A DNA stretch of 20,000 nucleotides from Trichinella spiralis (taxonomy: Eukaryota): NCBI RefSeq assembly GCF_000181795.1, contig NW_003526947.1:688623-708622 (forward strand). Direction: 5' to 3'. The position numbers and the translations under genes are program-made. Every line of letters begins with the position of its first letter. The first letter of the stretch is position 1. Shown in pieces: positions 1 to 9,441 of this stretch. A model generated the notes under the pieces. That model did no database searches. It saw only the letters and a program-made list of their open reading frames with translations, and was not told the DNA's origin.

Positions 1-16
1 AAAAGAAAACACTTAC

Positions 17-434
17 AAAGCATCGTCTTCGTTTTCACCGGAAAAGTGCAAAATTTTGCACGAAGATTTCAAGCCGAATAAAGAATTTTCACTTCTTCCA
101 TTAGGTGGAGTTAAACCACCCTTAAAAAAGAACAATTAAAATTATCAAGTCTAGAATAGTTGCGCCAAACCAAGTAATTCCTTAAAATCTGTGGACATTC
201 ACTGGGTAAGTTGACGCAGTGAATAATATTCGAAGAATTGCAACTGTTATATACAACCAGTCTTCCACTTTTATATAATACAAGCCATGCATCTTTCCAT
301 CGATGCAATACGGACGCTGTGCAAAAAAAACAAACAAATTACTACATTCAATGACATGTAGCTCAAAAGTTACTTTGTCTTTTAACCCAACCACATTTTG
401 CCACCGTATACGGTGTACAATCAACAACTTCCAT
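17..434 (-). CDS. PH-domain protein, PLEKHB1/2 (evectin)-like; 5' part only, continues beyond window start
   Basis: Phase-consistent GT-AG exons 434-374, 316-171 and 120-17 (introns 57 and 50 nt; GTAAGT donor at 16-11). They give MEVVDCTPYTVAKCGWVKRQTSVLHRWKDAWLVLYKSGRLVVY...VNLPSECPQILRNYLGGLTPPNGRSENSLFGLKSSCKILHFSGENEDDA. This follows the evectin PH pattern as recalled (KsGWlxRQstiLkRWKxnW...G.L..Y...l..eC..I...PPdGks...i.l.aEs.DD). Confidence 0.8.
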
Positions 435-1280
435 CTTATTTCGACGTAGACAAAGATACTTCCACCCTATGCTTACTTATCTTATGCATACTGTCGTATA
501 ATAATTAAATGCAAGTAATTGCAAGTACTGATGCGAAGCTTTGCTTTAAATTATCGATAAAATGTTCAGATTATTGTTAATATAATATTATTCAAATTAT
601 GAAATTAATTTTTTATGGAAATATGATAAACAAAGACACAGTTATTCAATATTGAAATAGTTTGTATTTGTTGGAAATGGAATTCCTTCATTTATACTTG
701 ATTGTTCAATTACTGTGAAATGTTTCATCATTTTGCGTTTATTTATAGATGGTCAATGATGATTTACGCATAGTTAGAGTCGATGTCGTTTGCATTTGTC
801 GAATCTTATTCAGTCAAATTTATCTGTGCTATTTGTCACGTTGACGTGATAAATCATACTATTGCTTGCAGAACAAAAAGTCGACAAATGTTGACTGAGT
901 ATATCGACCTAACGGAACAACGACCACATTCACGAGATTTACGATGGTTGAAGTTAGAGGGGCTCGTTCGGTGCAATCCAGACGGAAGCCCAACCGGATG
1001 TCATTTACCGCCTCAGGGGATTACAGTCCGTTTTACATGAAGTGTAGAAGCATTGCTGGTTGCGTTGTTCTGTTCTAATTTTATCACTGTTTACCAGAGA
1101 ACAGCTTGATAAAATCAGAGCAGGAGGATGTGAACAGAACACCGCTCAACAGTACCCTAGCTAGCTGACTGACAAAACTGCGGCAGTGGGCGTTTCCGAC
1201 CAATCAAAAACCAGAGATATCGGTAAGGTTTTTTTTTGATCGTTTTATTTTAATGGCTAAATGAAGCATTTTCTATGAAT

Positions 1281-1306
1281 CACACACATACACACACACA
1301 CGCGCG
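1281..1306. repeat. (CA)n microsatellite running into (CG)3
   Basis: cacacacatacacacacacacgcgcg. Confidence 0.85.
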
Positions 1307-4300
1307 TAATATACTTGAAGTTATCAGTTATCAACGCAACATAATCATATAAATTCATTTTTCGTTTCAAATACTAATTAGGTAAAACTGGAGAGGAAAA
1401 GCTTAAGACTTTTATTTGAAATTTTTGGAATTTTTAGCAAAAGAACAAATTAAAGAAACAACTGACTGAATTGTATAATTTGAACTATATAAAACGTTTA
1501 TTTTTGAATACTGAACATTAAAAAGACAGAAGGGTATATAAATGGAAAATCGAATTCTGGATTAATGTAAAATATTAGGGGTTTCTAAATTTGGTGTTCG
1601 CGGTGTTATCGGTGTTTTTCAATAAGAGGAAAAACTGCATATAGACAGTAGGAAATTCTTTGACCAACGCCACGTTTGGGATTAAAGAAAAAGATAATAA
1701 ATCTTTTTGTTGGTATTATTGAAGAACAAGCTGACTGTGTATTTGGATGGTGAAATGTTTCGTTTCCAAATCGAACGGTGATGAAGAACGTCATGTTGGT
1801 TCTTCCAGACACGACGTTATTGAACAAATGGGCAAGATAACAGTTGAGCAGATATATAAGATACATAAGTGTGCTTGGTTACTGGAGATGCTGAAAACCG
1901 TGCGAACAACAGCGAAATTATCAGTTCCGAAACCTGTGATCTGTTTATATTAAACGCTCTGTTGTTGTTATTGTTGCAGCTGTAGAATCCATCCAGTCTG
2001 ACGACAAACTTTCAGAATTACATGTCCAGCAGTAAATAACACTGAGCCGCAGCATTTCATCTATGAAAGGAAAACATTGAACATGTATGCATTTTTTAGT
2101 GATAAATCAAAAAATGACCTCAGCTGTAACGCAAAGCAAGAGTATAACCAGTCCGACGTATGTACAGGTATTCATGTTCCTGCAAGACGCGGTGGAAGCA
2201 TACTTGGCATCGGAATCCCTGCTTTTCCATAGTGCGACTGCATCACTGTTGGCGTAGCTCCACCAACGCCTCAGCTTAGCCCTCGTAAGCCTAATATAAA
2301 TAACAACTTCCAAGTAATCATCATTGCATTAAAATATTCAAATCAAACTAGGCGCCACTCCAGACCCAGTAATACCACTACCATCAATTCAGAATTTGTG
2401 GGATATCGAAGTTTTCAATTTTTATTTCAAGTGCTTAAAACTTGCATTTAGGTACATACATCTGTTAAAGGTGGGCTTTCAGTCAGCATGCTGACAGTGT
2501 GCTCACCATGAATTGACACAAATTAAACAGTGCGTTTTTCTCAACTGTTCGGTCGAAAGCGACGATATGCACTCTTACAACAGAACACATAGTTGTCTGG
2601 TGCTGAAATAGTCGAAATGTCTTAAAATCAAAAAAGCAACCTCATTTATGCATAATTTAAACATTTTACTTTGCGAAATCTATACAAATTTGTCACTTGT
2701 TGAAGACATCTAATGTTTTGATTTTCAGTAATCTTACAGTATACAATAGAATAAAGTTTGTTTACAGAAAAGTAACTTCAATCTTTTTAAACGCAGGCAC
2801 AAGAAAAAAATATTTGAACAATAAACCTTAAAACGATTCGAAATAATAGTTAGAACATCAAAAACCAACTCTAAAGGGCACTTTTGTGCCAATAATTGCG
2901 TACGTTTGTGGCAAAGTTTAAATTTTAAATGGTAGTTTTGATTTTAGTAAATATTGATAACTTTACTATTTGCAATTGAATTTTATTACATTTAATATTC
3001 ACAGTTTTAAAGTCAGCTTTATGTGTAGAAAACGTGGAAATTTATGATGACTGACATGCATTGAATTTTAATCCTTGCAGCTCAGTAAGAGTAACACAGC
3101 ACTGCTGGTTTATTAACAAGGATCCATTATATAGATTGTGGGAAAATTTTGCAAGCTGAAGTATAGTAATATTATACGGTCTGTTAAATTATACAAATTA
3201 TGAGTAAATTGAAAATTTCCTTTCAAAATGATCGTTTTTGTTTCTGGAATACAGTATACCTAGAATGAAATTAGTTTGTTGAAATGGAAGAGTGTTTAAT
3301 GTTGGATGCACCTGATGAATGTAATTGTTTTTATATACTTTTCTGTTTTATAATGTGAAACATCGGCGGATTTAAAATATTTATTATTTATAAAAAGAAA
3401 TTTAGTTGAGGTAAGTGTGCAAACATTGCTCGAATTTTTGTTGTAATATTTTGGTTTGAATTTTTATTTCGATAAGTGCGCATGGTTCATTATTACCGCC
3501 GTAGTTTGTTTACTCATTGTGAATATTGTGGAAAATGTACGTTTCGAAATTTGTTTACTTGCATGGTGTTCAAATTTATTCGAATCTTTTATGCTTGTAG
3601 AGAAGCTTGTTTGCTGATTGACTAAGCTTATCTCAAACTGATACATTGAAATTGTCTGTGAACATTTTGTTAGCGATGTCATTCAGTAACAACAACGTAG
3701 TTTATTTCCGTCAAGTTTTGCGAAATGATAATAGTTGGAAAATTTGTTTTCAGCATTTTATTTCGACTGTATCATAAGTTATAATTAACTGTTCATCATT
3801 TTTAGTGCTCGTTTATGATTCGATTTGTTTACTGTACCAGTTTGAACGGATGTAATTTTGATGAACAGTAGCTTGAAACAGGTTTAATTAAATTCTCTGG
3901 TTCGTTTTCCTGTTCAACTGCTTATTTTGTTATGAATTATTAAATTTCAAACATTTCAATTCAGTTGTTTTCTTTAGTATACTTTGAATTGTGACTTTAA
4001 CTCTACATTTGGGAACGCTGTGATTTTTCTGAACTTCTGTGCTGTCAGTGTATGTTCATTGCTTTTTTTTCTCTGTATGGATTCATTAAATGATAACGCT
4101 GCTTTTGCCATAGCTATATTTATTACAGTAAACATTTTATGCAGATGAAATGTTTACTCAAATTGAAACCGTTTGCACGGTGTTATTATTTATTGGTATA
4201 ATTTGCGATGTTTCAAATTATATCAGAAATAACTTTCTGTTTTGATTGAGTTTTTATTTCTTATTTTTTGGTTTATACTTTAATTATATTGTATTTTGGT

Positions 4301-4533
4301 AAAGAAAAAGCGATACACATGTGTATTTCTGATTTATGAAAAAGATTATTAGAAATGAGATAGAAAATTTTCACTTCTGATAATCAACTTGCTATTTTTG
4401 ATCGAGGTGTTGTATACTAACTAGTGTTCGATTGTTCAGTATTTCTGAATTCAAGGGAAATTTTGGAATTCGTGTTCACAAATATATTTCATAAAATTAA
4501 TACTGTTCGTGATATATTGTTATTTTTAGAACA

Positions 4534-5767
4534 ATGCTTCGAAGTTACGGTCCAGTAGCGCAGGCGATGCTGGGCTCATTGTTCACTTGGGGAGTAACGG
4601 CATTGGGTGCCGCAGGAGTGTTTTTTTTCAAACCTGATAATCGTTATGTTCTTGGTGAGTAAGTAGATTTTTAAATTTTTTTTTATTTTTTGGTATATGA
4701 AAATTCTCCTTTCAGTTATCGCATTATATATACGTATGTATGTATGTGCGAGGCACTGATTACTGATTAGTTTTAATTTGTTGTCTGTATTGTTTTACAG
4801 TAGAACTGTTGTGCTGTGATGTTGAAAATTATATATTGCACAAACAAAGTTGTAACAAGCGAAAAGTGGATTTGTAGTTATCATTTGAATCAAATATGCT
4901 GCACATCAGTTGAAAAGTTGAATTTGATTTTTTTCCTTTTTTTCAGACGGTAGCCTTGGCTTTTCAGCCGGTGTAATGACCGCAGCTTCGTTTTGGTCCC
5001 TTCTGGAACCTGCCATTAAGATCAGCGTCACTTTTCACAGTGAAATGGGATTTTTGATTGTTCTAATTGGCTTTCTGTGCGGCTGTTGGTTTTTGTCCAT
5101 TTGTGACCGTTATTTTGGTGTCGGTGATCCGGTATGTAAATTGTTGATCGACTGTGAAAAGAAAACGGCCGCTTCGAATGTTGTCCATACGGTGCATTTG
5201 AACGCAACGCAGAGCGTCGATGTGGACAATTTTGGCGTACGAAGACGTGCAATGCGGGATGTGGAATTGTTCACCGAAGAAGAGATGTCGCCGGCTGCTC
5301 GTCGAAGTTGGCACAGGATTTTTCTTCTCGTCATGGCCATCACGTTGCACAATATACCGGAAGGTTTGGCCGTTGGAGTTGGATTCGGTGCAGTTGGCAG
5401 TGGAAATTTCGATTACAGTTTCGAAAAAGCGCGCAGTTTGGCTATTGGTATTGGATTGCAGAATTTTCCCGAAGGTTTGGCCGTCAGTTTGCCATTAGCC
5501 GCTTTCGGCTACAACAAATGGAGCAGCTTCTTCTTCGGTCAACTGAGCGGCATGGTGGAACCGATCGCGGCACTGTGCGGTGCGATTGGAATCACGCTGA
5601 TGGAAAATTTGTTACCATTCGCTCTCAGTTTCGCTGCCGGAGCGATGATATACGTGGTCTTCGACGACGTGATACCCGAAGCACAGAGTCACGGTCACAC
5701 GGATTTTGTCATTTGGTCACTCATTTTTGGTTTTTCCCTCATGATGACATTGGATGTTCTGTTTTAG
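4534..5767 (+). CDS. SLC39A11: ZIP family (GufA subfamily) zinc transporter, ZIP11-like, 313 aa
   Basis: Exon 1 is 4534-4654 (MLRSYGPVAQAMLGSLFTWGVTALGAAGVFFF..., GTGAGT donor). Exon 2 is 4947-5767 (TTTCAG acceptor; DGSLGFSAGVMTAASFWSLL...). It carries the metal-site motifs ITLHNIPEGLAVGVGFG and IGLQNFPEGLAVSLPL, plus GQLSGMVEP and FAAGAMIYVVFDDVIPEA, all typical of ZIP11. Confidence 0.95.
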
Positions 5768-5810
5768 TGGGGGGAGAGGGGGTGGGATTCATTTCAACAA
5801 AATTCCAATT

Positions 5811-5935
5811 AATAAATCACTCACTGTGCTCTATTCTTTGTCGATATTGTTTTTTTCCTGTTGTTCAATATCAATCAATTTTGACTTTTATTTTATACAT
5901 TTTCCTCATCATGCGTGTAATAAATTCATTTTCAG
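5811..5935 (+). promoter_or_regulatory. Putative intercistronic region: poly(A) signal, U-rich tract and trans-splice acceptor
   Basis: AATAAA at 5811-5816, U-rich tract at ~5847-5900, and TTTTCAG at 5929-5935, 7 nt upstream of the MRPL24 ATG, with no strong upstream donor. Confidence 0.65.
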
Positions 5936-5942
5936 TTGCTCG

Positions 5943-7341
5943 ATGCGATTCAGCGTTTTATTGCATTGCACTTATTTGAAAAATTTGCCCAAATCATACA
6001 TTGAACAAGTGAAAAAGACAATACCGAAAAAAGTATTCCGAAATCGTTTCGGTACGCCAGAAATTGTTGAATACGAGTAAGTTCATCACAAGTTTGGCGT
6101 CGAAAATTTATTCACTTGATTTGAAAAAATATTATTTTATTAATTAATTTATTTTTTGATGTTTGTTCTTCTATTATAACTTTGTGTTCAGACGAAAGCC
6201 TGAAGATTATGAATACACTGAATACAGACCTTGGGAGCAGGAAGCGGAAGTGCATCAACAGAAGTTGGATTACCAACGAAAAATGAACAAAAAGGTTCGC
6301 CCCATAGCACCAATTTCAACTATTCCTGATGATCAGTGGATCATGTTTCGTGGTGATAGAGTACGTACAGTTTTTTTTTTAATTTAAATTTTATCGGCAT
6401 TCAACTTATTCCACTTGTATTTTTTTTATAGGTCGAAGTACTTGTTGGGAGGGATAAAGGAAAACAGGGTTTGATAAATTACATCGTCCGCGAACGTAAC
6501 TGGTGTTTCGTTGAAGGTTTGAATTGCGTAAATATGGTCTTCTTACAATTTTATATGTATAGATGGATGTACAATAGAACTGTTTCAGAAATTTCAAATG
6601 GTAGGCGCCATTAAACAGATGGGTTACAAAGGTAACATGGTGAAAAAAGAATGCCCACTAGATGTGGAAAATGAAGTTGCTTTAGTAGATCCAGTAGATT
6701 TGTGAGTGGCGTTTCAAATCATTATATTTAAATATAATAAATTATATTTAAATCAGATACATATTTGAATTTTCGTTTCTTTTTTTTATACGTTTTTGTT
6801 TTACATCTTTCCAGTTTTTCAATTTCAAATTATTTGTCATCAATTTTGTTGCCAGCAATTTAATTTCTTTTCTAGCAACAAAATTAATTATAATCATTTT
6901 ACACAGAACTGAAATATTGTTTTATTAATATTATTGTTCTGTTATTGTTTGCGATATTGTTTTGTTGATTTGTCACTAAGAGACGGTTTTACTTTTTTCC
7001 AAGTAAGCCAACTAAAGTGGAATGGCGTTGGAATGAAAAAGGCGAAAAGATTCGAGTGAGCGTTCGATCCGGTCATCAGATACCAATACCTATACGTTCT
7101 GAAGAAACTTTGGAATACGTTACTCCGGAAAGTTATTCAGGTTATTTTAACTTGCTCTTCAAAAAAAATGCGTAAAAAACAGCTGATCAGCTGGTTTTTA
7201 GAAAATGAAAAAGATACGACTGCTAAAGTGGTGTTGCAAAGAACTTTTGAACCTCAGCTGAAATTGTTTGAAGAAGAAATTATGGAAATGTATGATATCC
7301 AAGGAGAGGTCTTTCATCAAAAAGATACTTACTGGTATTAA
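5943..7341 (+). CDS. MRPL24: Mitochondrial large-subunit ribosomal protein uL24m, 262 aa
   Basis: Six phase-consistent exons: 5943-6076, 6192-6360, 6432-6527, 6589-6701, 7004-7140 and 7202-7341. Motifs include the KOW region WIMFRGDRVEVLVGRDKGKQG...[58 protein letters not shown] and the C-terminal TYWY characteristic of MRPL24. Confidence 0.95.
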
Positions 7342-7345
7342 ATTG

Positions 7346-7351
7346 AATAAA
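7346..7351 (+). terminator. Poly(A) signal of MRPL24
   Basis: AATAAA beginning 5 nt after the TAA stop. Confidence 0.6.
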
Positions 7352-8070
7352 ACGAAAGCTGTGATCATGTTGCTGTATATGAATATATATATGGTGATAG
7401 AAAATTCAGGTCAATTTTAGACGATGTATGCTTTGCAAAAATTTACATTACACACTATATTTATTAACAATTTCTACTAAGAATAATAAAACAAATAGAT
7501 GAACCCTGTGCATTTAGGAATTATAAATCCCAACAACTGAATGCCAAACGAAATCTCTTCTGCAAAATTCTTCCCTTTCAAATAACAAATACCTGTTTTG
7601 CATTTTTGTTCTTGACTCATTTAAGCCAATATCCAATAATTAAATATGCATCACATTTGACAAAGCAAACAATTCTGCTTAACCTTTTGAGTGATTGTCG
7701 ACCTGATTTTCATAATCGATTTACTGTAATTTCAAAGCATTCATGGCAAATTTATGCAAATATCGCAGTTGAAGAAGAATGGAGGGATGAGGAAATTGAG
7801 AAAATGAACTCTGCAAAATATTTGAATAGCAATTAGAAACTATTTGCCATACTCAATTAAGTGTACAATTTCAATTTTGCAATTATCAAATTTGAATTTG
7901 AAAAATAACTTCTACTCTAATTAATTTAACACTATGAGTGTCACTTTAAACAAGTGAGTGTCATTTGAAAATTAATTTTTTCAATAAAAATAGCCATAAA
8001 TGCGGATAATGAAAAATGTTATAAGGCATTTTTATTCCATTCCTACTGGCAGGTAGAATGGTTGATTGTT

Positions 8071-8277
8071 CTTCATCTACTGCCGGCCGATATAGCAAAA
8101 TCAGCACGCCTAGAAGGGGTCAGAACGCGTAGTGTACAAATACACTAAAACCTATGTTGCCTACTGAATTAGCCTGAAAGCGGCTGAAAATAACAAAATC
8201 AGCACGCCTAGAAGGCATTCAGTTCTAACCCCAATGGTCAGCTGAGTATTGCAACCAAAATACAAGGCTGCAATCTC
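8071..8277 (-). ncRNA. Candidate structured ncRNA / miRNA-like hairpin pair (copies at 12041-12247 and 14812-15018)
   Basis: A 22-nt direct repeat CAAAATCAGCACGCCTAGAAGG starts near 8096 and 8194, each copy forming a hairpin arm. There is also an 11-bp outer stem and additional hairpins. Mismatches resolve as G-U on the minus strand. Confidence 0.35.
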
Positions 8278-8704
8278 GAAAATGTGCAGCAGAATTAGAT
8301 AATAAAGTAAAGACAAATGAAAAGACATTTGATTCTGCCAAGTGGAAGATAAATTCCACCTTTTATAAAGGCGTTAAAGCTATATATTTGCTAAATAATT
8401 GCGCTTCAACTGAGCATTACAGATATAAAAGTAAAAACAAGACAGCTACTGAATGATTAATGTAGGAGTTGAATAAAAAATAATGATACAATTTCAGTCG
8501 ATAGCTGTGGTGAATAAAATATAAATTACTGTTGAAACTGAAAGATAAGTTCAATTTTGGCAAGATTACAATAAGCAAGAAAGTGGTCAGCATTGCTCGC
8601 TATCAATGGCAAAGAACAACACAATTTTAATTTCTTTTTTCTTTCCCACCCGCTTTAAAAGTTAAATTACAAAAATTTGATTGTCTAGTTCAAGTACTGT
8701 ACTG

Positions 8705-9097
8705 TACTTGTTATTTGAATAAACAGGACTTGCTGTATTTGCAAAGAGTAATGTAATAAAGGTCAATTTTACGATAAATGATTGATTTATCCATGCATTA
8801 GATGTATGAAGAATAGAAGAAAATTGTAAGAAAAGAAGAAAAAGAAAAAAGTACTGTTATTTGAATGGTTTCATGGCAAGTTTATGCAAATATAACAGTT
8901 GAAGAAGTATGTATTGATGAGGAAATTGAGAAAATTAATTCTGTAAAATATTTGAATAACAATTAGAAACTATTTCCCATACACAATTAAGTGTTCAGTT
9001 TCAATTTTGCAATTATCAAATTGAATTAAAAAATAACTTCTACTTTAAATAATTTAACATTATGAGTGTTACTTTAAACAAGTCAGTGCTGTCATTT
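8705..9097 (+). repeat. ~390-bp element, subtype A (also 12876-13268 and 15446-15838)
   Basis: Colinear with subtype B from TACTTGTTATTTGA to TGTCATTT, with many substitutions. Contains ATGCAAAT at 8884-8891. Confidence 0.85.
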
Positions 9098-9210
9098 AAA
9101 CAAGTTTGAATGCCAAATTGTTTAAACACTTTAAAGCATGAGTTACGTCTTGTATGCCGCGTTCTTTAGTTCTTATCAAAGTTCGAGCTTGATAGTTGCA
9201 TTAAATTGCG

Positions 9211-9441
9211 ATGTGGAAGGAAGGTACTTTCGCGCTTTTCGTGCTTTCCGCTTTGTGCGTGTTGGTCGCATTTGGGTATATGATTTACAGAGCAGTAAAG
9301 TTGGGGAAGAAGGAAAGAAAAAAGAAGATCCAGCAGACAAAGCAAAACGTGAATAAATTCCTTGACTTGCTACCACCACCGGGACAGACGGCGCCGTTGG
9401 ACAGTGAAATTATTCAACAAATGCTTGAGCAGTCGTCATGA
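9211..9441 (+). CDS. Putative orphan small single-pass membrane protein, 76 aa (copy 1)
   Basis: Intronless ORF in a locally GC-richer island. Hydrophobic stretch FALFVLSALCVLVAFGYMIY is followed by polybasic RAVKLGKKERKKK, then PPPG. Candidate acceptor TTCTTTAG at 9162-9169; AATAAA at 9540-9545 followed by a U-rich tract. Confidence 0.6.
   Translation: MWKEGTFALFVLSALCVLVAFGYMIYRAVKLGKKERKKKIQQTKQNVNKFLDLLPPPGQTAPLDSEIIQQMLEQSS

Noticed and set aside
783..1040. 85-aa ORF in a GC-richer block
   Set aside because: No recognisable motif or consistent splice model; more likely promoter or 5'-UTR sequence between divergent genes.
1968..2290. Possible two-exon minus-strand fragment (2290-2119, 2060-1968; 58-nt intron)
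   Set aside because: The donor (GTCATT) is weak, no in-phase upstream exon was found, and the peptide is unrecognisable.
3305..3365. CTGATGA...GAAAC hammerhead-like core
   Set aside because: No stem II or stem I and no U-H cleavage triplet. The CTGATGA at ~18642-18636 (minus strand) likewise lacks GAAA after its stem.
3881..3890. GGTTTAATTA, the first 10 nt of nematode SL1
   Set aside because: The match stops there, with no donor or Sm site; expected by chance in AT-rich DNA.
5028..5979. Overlapping alternative-frame and antisense ORFs (including the 223-aa ORF at 5308-5979)
   Set aside because: These are shadows of the ZIP11 coding exon.
8096..8215. 22-bp direct repeats as a CRISPR-like repeat-spacer or a target-site duplication
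   Set aside because: There are only two copies in a eukaryotic context with no cas genes, and homology extends beyond the 22-mer, indicating a local duplication of a hairpin.
9138..9379. 72-aa (+) and 67-aa (-) ORFs overlapping the small TM ORF
   Set aside because: They have no coherent protein features, the 76-aa frame explains the composition better, and repetition across copies only reflects the duplication.
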